A DNA stretch of 49,758 nt, taken from assembly GCA_040882355.1 (NCBI GenBank), contig JBBEBM010000001.1:1-49758 (forward strand), given 5' to 3'. Of the stretch, positions 41,743-49,758 are shown one piece after another. The first letter of the stretch is position 1, and each line of letters opens with the position of its first letter. The notes below the pieces were generated by a model. That model did no database searches, had not been told where the DNA came from, and worked only from the letters and a program-made list of their open reading frames with translations. Made by a program: the position numbers and the translations under genes. The stretch comes from Dehalococcoidia bacterium (GTDB lineage: Bacteria; Chloroflexota; Dehalococcoidia; DSTF01; RBG-16-68-14).

Positions 41743-42876
41743 ATGAACGTTTCCTGCCTTCAAGAGCACCTCGCGAAAGGACTCGGGATCGTCGGGCGGG
41801 CCGTCGCGACCCGCAGCACACTGCCGATCACGGCGAACGTGCTGCTCGCCACGGACGAGGGCCGGCTCAAGCTGGCCGCGACGAACCTCGAGATCGCCCT
41901 CAGTTGCTGGATCGGCGCCCAGATCGAGGAAGAGGGCTCGATCACGGTGCCGGCCCGTCTCCTGGGCGACTTCGTCAACTCGTTGCCCAGCGAGAAGATC
42001 GAGATGACGCTGGCGCCGCGCGCCCGGCAGCTCAAGCTGACCTGCGCGCGCAACCAGGCGACGATCGGCGGGATGGACGCCGAAGACTTCCCGCCCATCC
42101 CGGCCGTGCAGGACGGCGGCTCGATCGAGCTCGACCCGCAGGCGCTGCACGCGGCGATCAGCCAGGTCGTCTTCGCCGCCGCGACGGACGACTCGCGGCC
42201 GGTGCTCACGGGCATCGATATGGCGATCGAGGGCGACCAGCTCACCTTCGCTGCCGCCGACGGCTTCCGGCTGTCGGTGCGCCACCTCAAGCTCCCCAAG
42301 CCGGTGGCGGAGCGCGTCGAGGTGATCGTGCCGCGCACGGCGCTCGCCGAGCTGAACCGCCTGCTGCCCGAAGAGACGGAGCCGGTGCACATGACGCTGA
42401 ACGCCACGCGCACGCAGGCGCTCTTTCGCTTGAAGAACGTCGAGCTGGTGGCGCAGCTCATCCAGGGCACGTTCCCGAACTACACCCAGCTCATCCCCGA
42501 CTCGCACACGTCGCGGGCGGTGATCGACGTCAACGACTTCCTGCGCGAGACGCGGATCGCCTCGATCTTCGCGCGCGACGGCAGCGGCATCGTTCGGCTC
42601 CAGTTCACGGCCGGCGAGGACGTCGCGCCGGGCAAGCTCGTCATCTCGGCGCGCGCGGAGGAGATCGGCGACAACGTCGGTGAGGTGGACGCCGCGATCG
42701 AAGGCGAGGCCTCGAAGATCGCGTTCAACGGCAAGTACCTGCAGGACTACCTCCAGGTGCTGGAGGGCGGCCGCGTCGCGCTGGAGATGGACGGCCCGTC
42801 GAAGCAGGGCGTCTTCAAGCCCGTCGGCGACGAAAGCTACGTCCACGTCGTCATGCCCATGTTCGTCCAGTGGTGA
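41743..42876 (+). CDS. dnaN: DNA polymerase III beta clamp
   Basis: LPITANVLL, ATNLE, RPVLTG, ADGFRL, GTFPNY, IAFNGKYL, VVMPM; ATG 41743; upstream TTGCTC..TATACT. Confidence 0.97.
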   Translation: MNVSCLQEHLAKGLGIVGRAVATRSTLPITANVLLATDEGRLKLAATNLEIALSCWIGAQIEEEGSITVPARLLGDFVNSLPSEKIEMTLAPRARQLKLTCARNQATIGGMDAEDFPPIPAVQDGGSIELDPQALHAAISQVVFAAATDDSRPVLTGIDMAIEGDQLTFAAADGFRLSVRHLKLPKPVAERVEVIVPRTALAELNRLLPEETEPVHMTLNATRTQALFRLKNVELVAQLIQGTFPNYTQLIPDSHTSRAVIDVNDFLRETRIASIFARDGSGIVRLQFTAGEDVAPGKLVISARAEEIGDNVGEVDAAIEGEASKIAFNGKYLQDYLQVLEGGRVALEMDGPSKQGVFKPVGDESYVHVVMPMFVQW

Positions 42877-42984
42877 GGCGGGCCTAGGAGCTTCGCCTTT
42901 GCGGGTTTGTGCGGGTGGCGAAAGAGACCCGCTGCACTTGAAGACTGAGACTCCTCGTTCTCCAGAGTCTTCTGATTCTCGCTA

Positions 42985-43764
42985 ATGGGTACGGTATACC
43001 TGCTTCCTCCACCAGGTGGGCTGAAGTTCAAGCTCAGCCGGGCACGTAAGCATCTGCGCCACTTGCGGCGCATCATCGAGCGCTTCAAGGCGAGCGATCC
43101 ATGGACCTTCACGCGCCAAGTAAATGCCGATGGAACGTACTACCTCTACCGCCTTGAGATAGCCTACCCGTCCAACATCACACTGCTGGTCGCTGACGAA
43201 GCTATCCACCACTTGCGAACTGTGCTGGACCATCTCATCGTCAGTACGGTCGAAGCCGTGGGGAAGAAGGTCACGAGCTCGCACAGCTTTCCCATTCGGC
43301 GTACAAAACCCAAGACGGAAAAGGAGATCGCTAGCTACGAGGCAAGCCTGCGACACGTCCCAGCCGAGGCACGGGCACTGATCGACTCGCTGCAGCCATA
43401 TACCAGAGCGGCAGACGCTAAGAGCCACCCTCTCGCCATCCTCACGAGCCTCGACAATCGCTTCAAGCACACGAGCCTGCATCTACTGTCACATCAGGTA
43501 GGAATGCGCGCGGTACCTGGCATCATCCAGCGTCCGCCCCCGCCGGGCGGGCATGATAGCGGCGACATATTTGCCGAAGTGCCCGTTGGTGTGAATGTGG
43601 AGAAGGACTTTGAACCATATCTCTCGGTTGAGATAGCGTTCAGCATACGACTGACCGGCTTGCCCGATGTCAACATCGACAAGCTCGACGCGATATACAA
43701 CTACGTCAGAGACGAAGTCATTCAGAAGGCCGTACAGTTGAAGGGCATGCCCAGGCGCCTTTGA
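42985..43764 (+). CDS. Hypothetical protein, possibly HEPN-like
   Basis: KLSRARKHL, IHHLRTVLD, FPI, QPY, LAILTSLDNRFKH; codon usage differs from dnaN. Confidence 0.65.
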   Translation: MGTVYLLPPPGGLKFKLSRARKHLRHLRRIIERFKASDPWTFTRQVNADGTYYLYRLEIAYPSNITLLVADEAIHHLRTVLDHLIVSTVEAVGKKVTSSHSFPIRRTKPKTEKEIASYEASLRHVPAEARALIDSLQPYTRAADAKSHPLAILTSLDNRFKHTSLHLLSHQVGMRAVPGIIQRPPPPGGHDSGDIFAEVPVGVNVEKDFEPYLSVEIAFSIRLTGLPDVNIDKLDAIYNYVRDEVIQKAVQLKGMPRRL

Positions 43765-43827
43765 GTCCCGCTGATGACTGTCCGCATCGAGGACGCGTTG
43801 GGCGCGCTCCGGTTCTGCAAGAATACC

Positions 43828-43995
43828 TCACCGCCACTCTCTGGGGCGCGGTCGCACCTCGCCTGCGCGCCGCGCGGTGTCGTGATGGTCTGACGCGGCG
43901 ATGCCGAGGCTTCGGGGCCGAGGACGTGGGGCGGCTGGGCGGCGCGCTAAGGCACGTCGCGCTGCCCTGAGGAGCTGAGCGATTGTGCTCCTCAT
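43828..43995 (-). CDS. Small basic hypothetical protein (55 aa), probably leaderless
   Basis: TATGAT-N6-ATG as seen at other genes in this window. Confidence 0.35.
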   Translation of the reverse strand: MRSTIAQLLRAARRALARRPAAPRPRPRSLGIAASDHHDTARRAGEVRPRPREWR

Positions 43996-44086
43996 GGCGA
44001 CATCATATCGAGGTCGGCCGACCCCCTCAACCACGCCGTCTCAGATACGATACTCCGTTAAGGGCGGGAGCCTGACTCGAATCCGG

Positions 44087-44671
44087 TTATCCCTTGTACA
44101 CGGCTTGATAGCTGCTGACGACCGGCGACCTCGATCGTGATGCCGAAACCGCCGAGAAGCCGCTCGCCTCCATGGAGGACGTGAGCCGGTCGAGGGCCGG
44201 CAGGCGGTAGGAGTGGCCGAAGGCAGCGCTTATCCACGTCGCCGGCGCCGAGAGGAGGATGTCGGCGTAGATGAAGTTGCCGCCTGGCTTCAGCACGCGC
44301 CTAATCTCGGACAGCGCCGCGGACCACCCGTCGACGTGATGCATCACCATGAACGACAGCACCACGTCGAAGTGGTGGTCCTCAAACGGGAGCTTGGTGA
44401 CGTCAGCCTCCAGAAAGCGAGGGTTGTCGATCCCGGCCGACCGCTGTTTCGCCAGGGTGATCTGGTCTGGATCGATGTCGATCCCCGTGACGTTGAAGCG
44501 GTAGCTCTCGGCGAGGTGCCTGGCGACCGTGCCCATGCCGCACCCCACTTCCAGGACCTCCGTCACGCCATCAAGCGGAACGCCTGCCAGAAGCTTCTGG
44601 GCAAGAGCCACCCTGCTCCGCTGACGCCTTTCGCTGTTGACGAAGAACTTCTCGATCCTGCTCATCTTCAT
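44087..44671 (-). CDS. Class I SAM-dependent methyltransferase
   Basis: VLEVGCGMG, GIDID, ADVTKLPF, RRVLKPGG. Confidence 0.92.
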   Translation of the reverse strand: MKMSRIEKFFVNSERRQRSRVALAQKLLAGVPLDGVTEVLEVGCGMGTVARHLAESYRFNVTGIDIDPDQITLAKQRSAGIDNPRFLEADVTKLPFEDHHFDVVLSFMVMHHVDGWSAALSEIRRVLKPGGNFIYADILLSAPATWISAAFGHSYRLPALDRLTSSMEASGFSAVSASRSRSPVVSSYQAVYKG

Positions 44672-44676
44672 TTCGG

Positions 44677-45336
44677 TTACCTCTCAACTTCCATTGCCTG
44701 CTGCTCGCCCTCTCGCGGGTCAGCTTCCGCGCCGCTCGAGATGAACCTCTCGATGAAGTCGGCGAGCGGACGCTTCACGAGTTCGAGATCGACGCCGTCT
44801 GCGTCGAGTGCGTGTTGGAGCGACACCCCCTCGAGGGCCGAGACGATGAGGAACGCCGCGGTATCGATGTCCAGGTTGGCGCGTACAACGCCGGCCTCCT
44901 GGCCCATGCGAACCATCGCCGCGATGACATCGCGGAACTGCTGCAGCGAGGCGCTTACCTCCGCGTGGGCCCACTCCTGACGCGTCGCCTGCGCCCAGAA
45001 CTCCATCATGAGCGGCCGGGACTCGGCTTCCGCCCGGAGGTGGTCGAGCCAGAACGAGACCAACAGGTCGATCGCCTCGTGCAGCGACGCGGGGCTGGGC
45101 AGGTCCTCGAACGAATGGAGCGTCCGGTGGACGTGTTCGTGAAGCAGGCTCTTGAAGAGCTGCTCTTTGCTCGGGAAGTGGTAGTAGAGTGCGCCCATGG
45201 AGACGCCGGCCTCAGCCGCAATCTCCTCGACCGTGGCCTCGCCGTATCCCTTGCGCCCGACGACCCGATAGGCGGCGTCCAGGATGAATCCGCGCGTCTC
45301 CTGCGCGCGACGCTGGTGGAGGGTGGCCCGCTTCAT
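44677..45336 (-). CDS. TetR/AcrR transcriptional regulator (BetI-type C-terminus)
   Basis: ILDAA...GY..ATVEEIAAEAGVSMGALYYHFPSKEQL; ATG 45336. Confidence 0.92.
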   Translation of the reverse strand: MKRATLHQRRAQETRGFILDAAYRVVGRKGYGEATVEEIAAEAGVSMGALYYHFPSKEQLFKSLLHEHVHRTLHSFEDLPSPASLHEAIDLLVSFWLDHLRAEAESRPLMMEFWAQATRQEWAHAEVSASLQQFRDVIAAMVRMGQEAGVVRANLDIDTAAFLIVSALEGVSLQHALDADGVDLELVKRPLADFIERFISSGAEADPREGEQQAMEVER

Positions 45337-45361
45337 CAGCAGAATGCCACCGTTGACTCTG

Positions 45362-45417
45362 AAACCGAGTAGTTGCTCATAATTAGAGAGGATACTCTCA
45401 TGCGGCGGCAAAGTCAA
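45362..45417 (-). promoter_or_regulatory. TetR promoter and candidate operator
   Basis: TTGACT-N17-TATCCT followed by the imperfect palindrome GAGCAA-CTACTC. Confidence 0.5.
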
Positions 45418-45507
45418 GACATCACCGAGGCAAAATGGAAGGAATCTTGATCGATCGGCTTCAAGTTCCATGTCGCTACGCCTCGCCGTCTCGGCTACGA
45501 TGCTCCT

Positions 45508-46668
45508 ATGATGGACCCGTATCGTGCGCTCACGAGACGCCTCTCGCGCCGCGCGCTGCTGCGTGGAGCGGGGCTGGCGCTGGGGGCGGCGGCGCTGGCG
45601 GCGGCGTGTCGGGATGACGGAGAGGGTGCGGACGGAGGAGGGACGCCGACGATGACGACGAACGCGACGCCTGAGACCGCGCTCTACTTCCCGCCGTCGA
45701 CCGGCGATCGGTGGGAGGCGGTGCCGCCTGGCAAGGCGGGCTGGGACACGGCGAAGCTCGATGAGCTGGCGACGTGGGCGGGCGGCCTGAACACGACGGG
45801 CCTGCTGCTGCTCCATCGCGGCCGCATCCTGCTGGAGCGCTACTTCGAGAACGCCGGCCAGCACTCGGTGCTCGATGTGGCGTCTGCCCAGAAGAGCGCC
45901 GTGTCGTTCCTGGTGGGCGTCGCGCAGGAGCAGGGCCTGCTGCGCATCGAAGACGCGGTGTCGCAGCATCTGGGCGTTGGCTGGTCGAAGGCGCCGGCGG
46001 AGAAGGAGGCGCTGATCACGGTGCGCCACCTGATCACGATGTCGAGCGGGCTGAACGACCAGTGGGAGTCCGTCGCCGACGCCGGCACGACGTGGTACTA
46101 CAACAACACCGCCTACCACCTCTCGAAGCGGGTGCTCGGGAGCGCGACCGGCGTCTCGATGCAACAGTACTTAGACCAACAGCTCGGCGCGCGCATCGGG
46201 CTGCGGGAGACGGAGTGGCGGGAGCGCCCGTTCATGAAGATGCCGGACGGCGTGCCGATGACCGGGCTCTTCATGTCGGCGCGCGACATGGGCCGCTTCG
46301 GGCTGCTGATGCTGGCGGGCGGCTCGTGGGAGGGCGAGGACGTGATCGTGGACAAGGGCTACCTGAACGACTCGGTGAGCACGTCGCAGCAACTGAACCT
46401 GTCGTACGGGTATCTCTGGTGGCTGAACGGGAAGGCCTCCCACGTGCTGCCCGGGGCGAACCCGCAGCCGCGGGACGGTTCGCTCATCCCGCCCGCGCCC
46501 GACGACGTCTACGCGGCGATGGGCGCAGGCGACCAGCGCATCTACGTTGCGCCCGGCCTCGAGCTGGTCGTGGTGCGGCAGGGCAGGGCAGCGTTCGGCG
46601 CGGCGGCCGCTCGCTCGGCCTTCGACGCGGAGCTGTGGACCCGGATCATGGCCGCGGCGCCGGCCTGA
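45508..46668 (+). CDS. Tat-exported lipoprotein serine hydrolase (beta-lactamase/AmpC-like)
   Basis: SRRALL twin-Arg plus lipobox LAAAC; SAQK (SxxK), YNN, YGYLWW. Confidence 0.88.
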   Translation: MMDPYRALTRRLSRRALLRGAGLALGAAALAAACRDDGEGADGGGTPTMTTNATPETALYFPPSTGDRWEAVPPGKAGWDTAKLDELATWAGGLNTTGLLLLHRGRILLERYFENAGQHSVLDVASAQKSAVSFLVGVAQEQGLLRIEDAVSQHLGVGWSKAPAEKEALITVRHLITMSSGLNDQWESVADAGTTWYYNNTAYHLSKRVLGSATGVSMQQYLDQQLGARIGLRETEWRERPFMKMPDGVPMTGLFMSARDMGRFGLLMLAGGSWEGEDVIVDKGYLNDSVSTSQQLNLSYGYLWWLNGKASHVLPGANPQPRDGSLIPPAPDDVYAAMGAGDQRIYVAPGLELVVVRQGRAAFGAAAARSAFDAELWTRIMAAAPA

Positions 46669-46801
46669 AGCCCGAATCCGGCCCGGTTGACGGGGCGGGC
46701 GGCGGATCGCTATAGTTTTCGCGATGCCCTGAGTGGGCACTATGTCAACCTGGGTTGGTGGTGTTCAGGCATCGAGCACCACGCAGATTAGCGAGGCACG
46801 G

Positions 46802-47383
46802 ATGCCAAGACGAGGTCTAACGCTCGCCGTGGTCCTTGCCGTCGTCGCTTGCGCGGCGGCCGCCTTCGCGTGCGACGACGACACGACCGACGGCGAACCG
46901 ACCGCCACGGCGGCCGAACCAGCGCCGGCAGCGACCCAGCCCGCGGCGACGCCCACGCAAGAAGCGGCGTCGGAGATCAGGGACCAGGACCTTGCCCAGC
47001 AGCCGGGCCTGCGCGACTTCCTGGGCTCGGCCGGCGGCGAGGTGCTACCGGACGCGATCATCTACGTCGACCTGACCGGCGACGGCACGGAGGACGCGGT
47101 CGTGCCGGTCTCGTCCGGTGGTGAGGGTGGCGACATCGCGGTCTTCGCGTACGGTTACGTCGACGGCACGCTGACCGAGTTGCTCAAGGCGCTGCCCGAG
47201 GACGCGAGCAGCATCGACATAGACGTGGAGGACGGGAAGCTGCTGACAACGGAAGGTATCTACGGCGCCGACGACCCGCTCTGCTGCCCGAGCACGCTCC
47301 GGCACCGCCAGTATCGCTGGGACGGCACGGCGCTCGTGATCGAGAGCGAGGCCGACGAGGCGCAGGGCGAGTCCAAAGAGTAG
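46802..47383 (+). CDS. LppP/LprE-like lipoprotein
   Basis: Lipobox AFAC, DLTGDG, DPLCCPS...YRWDG. Confidence 0.7.
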   Translation: MPRRGLTLAVVLAVVACAAAAFACDDDTTDGEPTATAAEPAPAATQPAATPTQEAASEIRDQDLAQQPGLRDFLGSAGGEVLPDAIIYVDLTGDGTEDAVVPVSSGGEGGDIAVFAYGYVDGTLTELLKALPEDASSIDIDVEDGKLLTTEGIYGADDPLCCPSTLRHRQYRWDGTALVIESEADEAQGESKE

Positions 47384-47392
47384 CTGGGCACG

Positions 47393-47914
47393 ATGGCAAC
47401 TCCTATCGGACACAGCATTGTTGGTTACACGCTGGCGCGCTCCGCCGGCCTTCGCTCGCGGCCGGCGCTGGCGCTCGCGATCGGCGCCGCGAACCTGCCG
47501 GACGTCGACTTCGCGCTGGGCTACGTCGCCAACGGCGACGTCTACTCGCTCCACCACGAGGTGATCACCCACCGTCCGGTCTTCCCGCTGCTGGTGGGCA
47601 TCGCGGCCGGCGTGGGCTCGGCGGCGGTCTCGCTCGTGACGGGCCGAGGGCCGAGCCCGTGGCGCGCCCTGCGCACCGGCGCGCTGGCCGCGACGCTGGT
47701 GGGCAGCCACCTGGCGATGGACCCGCTGCCGCTCCCGTACGACAGCTTCTCGCCGAAGCCGGAGCGCTTCTGGCCGATCATCGCCAGCGAAGCGTGGAAC
47801 GCCGTCATCGACATCGCCGTCTACGGCGGCATGGCGATGGCGGTGCTCAGCCGCGAGAACGCAGACGCGCGCAGCGGCAACGGCAAGGTCGTCGCGAACG
47901 GCGCGACGGCCTAA
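47393..47914 (+). CDS. Membrane metal-dependent hydrolase (YdjM-like)
   Basis: TPIGHS, ANLPDVD, HHEVITH, SHLAMD. Confidence 0.82.
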   Translation: MATPIGHSIVGYTLARSAGLRSRPALALAIGAANLPDVDFALGYVANGDVYSLHHEVITHRPVFPLLVGIAAGVGSAAVSLVTGRGPSPWRALRTGALAATLVGSHLAMDPLPLPYDSFSPKPERFWPIIASEAWNAVIDIAVYGGMAMAVLSRENADARSGNGKVVANGATA

Positions 47915-47932
47915 CTTCGCAACGACCCGCCT

Positions 47933-48691
47933 TCAGACGAAGATCTGCCCGCCATCAACGACGAGGGTGTGACCGGTGACCATCGCCGCGTCGTCCGAGC
48001 AGAGGAAGACGAGCGGGCCAATCAGGTCGTCGGGCGTCATCTCGCGCTGGAGCGCGCGCTCCTGCGCCGTTCGCTGGTAGCGCTCCTCCGGCACAAGCTC
48101 GGCGCGGCCGGTGCGCACCAGCCCCGGCGAGAGGCAGTTCACCCTGATGCCGGACGGCCCGAGCTCTCGGGCGAGCGTCTTCGTCAGATTCTCCAGCGCC
48201 GCCTTGCTCGCGTTGTAGTGCGCGCGGCCGCCGGGAGCGATCACCGTGTTCACCGAGCCGATGTTCACGATCGAGCCGGAGCGCTGCTGCTTCATCGTGG
48301 GGATGACCGCGCGTGTGCAGCGCTGGGCGCCCGTCAGGTTCACGCCGATGACGGCGTCCCACTCCTTCGCGTCGATCTCGTCGAACGGCTTGCGGGCGAG
48401 CGTGGCGTAGATCGCGGCTGCGTTGAGCAGAATGTCGATGCTGCCGAAGTGGTCGAGCGCGGCGCGCGCCATCGTGTCGGCTGAGGTTTGGTCCGTCACG
48501 TCGACCCTGACGGCGAGGGCTTCGTAGCCCGCGTCCGTGAGCGCGCCGGCGGCCTGCTGGGCGAGCGCCTCGTCGACGTCGGCGATGACGGGGCGCGCTC
48601 CGTGCTCAGCCAGCCCGCGCGCGAGCACCGTGCCGATGCCGCCGCCGCCGCCCGTGATGATCGCGACCTTGTCCTTGAGGCGGTCTTCCAT
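47933..48691 (-). CDS. SDR family oxidoreductase
   Basis: TGGGGGIG, LNAA, YNASK, VDGG. Confidence 0.93.
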   Translation of the reverse strand: MEDRLKDKVAIITGGGGGIGTVLARGLAEHGARPVIADVDEALAQQAAGALTDAGYEALAVRVDVTDQTSADTMARAALDHFGSIDILLNAAAIYATLARKPFDEIDAKEWDAVIGVNLTGAQRCTRAVIPTMKQQRSGSIVNIGSVNTVIAPGGRAHYNASKAALENLTKTLARELGPSGIRVNCLSPGLVRTGRAELVPEERYQRTAQERALQREMTPDDLIGPLVFLCSDDAAMVTGHTLVVDGGQIFV

Positions 48692-48702
48692 GATCCTCCG
48701 TC

Positions 48703-48774
48703 GTTGGGACGCACGGCCGTGCGCCCCGGGCGACCAGCCCCTTCGACAGGCTCAGGGCAGGCTCTCGCCCCTAC
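48703..48774. repeat. GTAG REP-like double hairpin with an inserted 23-bp micro-element
   Basis: Minus: GTAGGGGCGAGAG[CCTGCCCTGAGCCTGTCGAAGGG]GCTGGTCGCCCGGGGCGCACGGCCGTGCGTCCCAAC. Confidence 0.75.
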
Positions 48775-48814
48775 AGTATCAACCCGACCCGTCGGCGAGC
48801 CAGTCGGGCGAAAC

Positions 48815-48980
48815 GTGTCATTACGTTTCGCAAAATCGCCTTTTCGGGCGAGAGGGTGTCGGTTCTCCCTCGTCACGCGATTCCGACAACCTGACGCGGG
48901 GCTGGACATGCCCGCGCCGGATTGTCGACGTCAGGATAAGGGCGCTGGGCGAGAGCGCGAAGGGGCGGGTGGCGCTGGTC
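48815..48980 (+). repeat. Diverged intergenic element, copy B
   Basis: Homologous to the reverse complement of 33132-33318. Confidence 0.85.
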
Positions 48981-49102
48981 GCTCGCCAAGTACGGCACTG
49001 GCGATGGGGAGGCGCGCGTGACCCGGAGGCGCGCCAGATCCTTCGCCCTCTACCCCGCCGTGCTTCCGCCCCGCGCGGCTCAGGATGACAACGTCCTCGC
49101 CC

Positions 49103-49758
49103 CTAGGTTTCCGCCCAGCCGCGGGCGCGTTCGACGGCGCGGCGCCAGCCGGCGTAGAGCGTCTCGCGGTGGTCTTCGGGTAGGCGCGGCTCGAAGGTGC
49201 GGTCGGCGCGCCAGCGGCTCGAGATGTCGTCGAGCGTCCAGATGCCGACGCCGAGGCCCGCGAGGTAGGCCGCGCCGAGCGCCGTGGTCTCGGTGACAGC
49301 GGAGCGCACGACGGGGCGGCCGATGACGTCGGCCTGGATCTGCATGAGCAGGTCGTTCCTCGCCGCGCCGCCGTCGACGCGGAGCTCGTGCAGGCGAACG
49401 CCGGCCTCGCTCTCCATCGCTTCCAGCACGTCGCGCACCTGGAAGGCGATCGCTTCGAGCGTAGCGCGGGCGACGTGGGCGCGCGTGCTGCCGCGCGTCA
49501 GGCCGACGATGGCGCCGCGCGCGTGCGGGTCCCAGTAGGGCGCGCCGAGCCCGACGAACGCCGGCACCAAATAGACGCCGTCGCTGGAGTCGACGGACGC
49601 GGCGAGCGCCTCGACGTCCGAGGCGCTCTCGATGATCTGGAGGCCGTCGCGCAGCCACTGCACGGCGGCGCCGGTGATGAAGATGCTCCCTTCCAGCGCG
49701 TACTGGAGCCGCCCGCCCATCCGCGACGCGACCGTGGCGAGCAGCCGCTCCCTCGCGG
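49103..49758 (-). CDS. glpK: Glycerol kinase, C-terminal part (start beyond window)
   Basis: [46 protein letters not shown]. Confidence 0.97.
   Translation of the reverse strand, partial: ARERLLATVASRMGGRLQYALEGSIFITGAAVQWLRDGLQIIESASDVEALAASVDSSDGVYLVPAFVGLGAPYWDPHARGAIVGLTRGSTRAHVARATLEAIAFQVRDVLEAMESEAGVRLHELRVDGGAARNDLLMQIQADVIGRPVVRSAVTETTALGAAYLAGLGVGIWTLDDISSRWRADRTFEPRLPEDHRETLYAGWRRAVERARGWAET

Overview
High-GC bacterial chromosomal window, most consistent with Chloroflexota/Dehalococcoidia. That assignment rests on flexitail-type C-terminal domains, a T-box-controlled thrS, split gcvPA/PB and a dnaN that is not next to dnaA. The housekeeping backbone is leuS (partial), a biotin carboxylase plus biotin carrier, thrS, tRNA-Val/Lys/Leu, oppD/oppF, lepA, larA, gcvT-H-PA-PB, dnaN and glpK (partial). 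It is interrupted repeatedly by single accessory, often defence-like genes with more AT-rich codon usage: a DUF433/DUF5615 TA pair, Nif3 (frameshifted), an HsdR_N-EVE nuclease (frameshifted), a KAP NTPase, an NYN RNase inside the gcv operon, a thymidylate-kinase-like + NUDIX pair and a HEPN-like gene. No integrase or transposase is visible. The intergenic DNA carries nested non-coding repeats: GTAG-REP-like palindromes, a diverged ~170-190 bp element present twice, and a 23-24 bp micro-element that is present or absent between homologous sites and nests into itself. There is also a 211-bp orphan copy of a gene's 3' end flanking two cargo genes. All family assignments come from motif recognition by eye; no database search was run.
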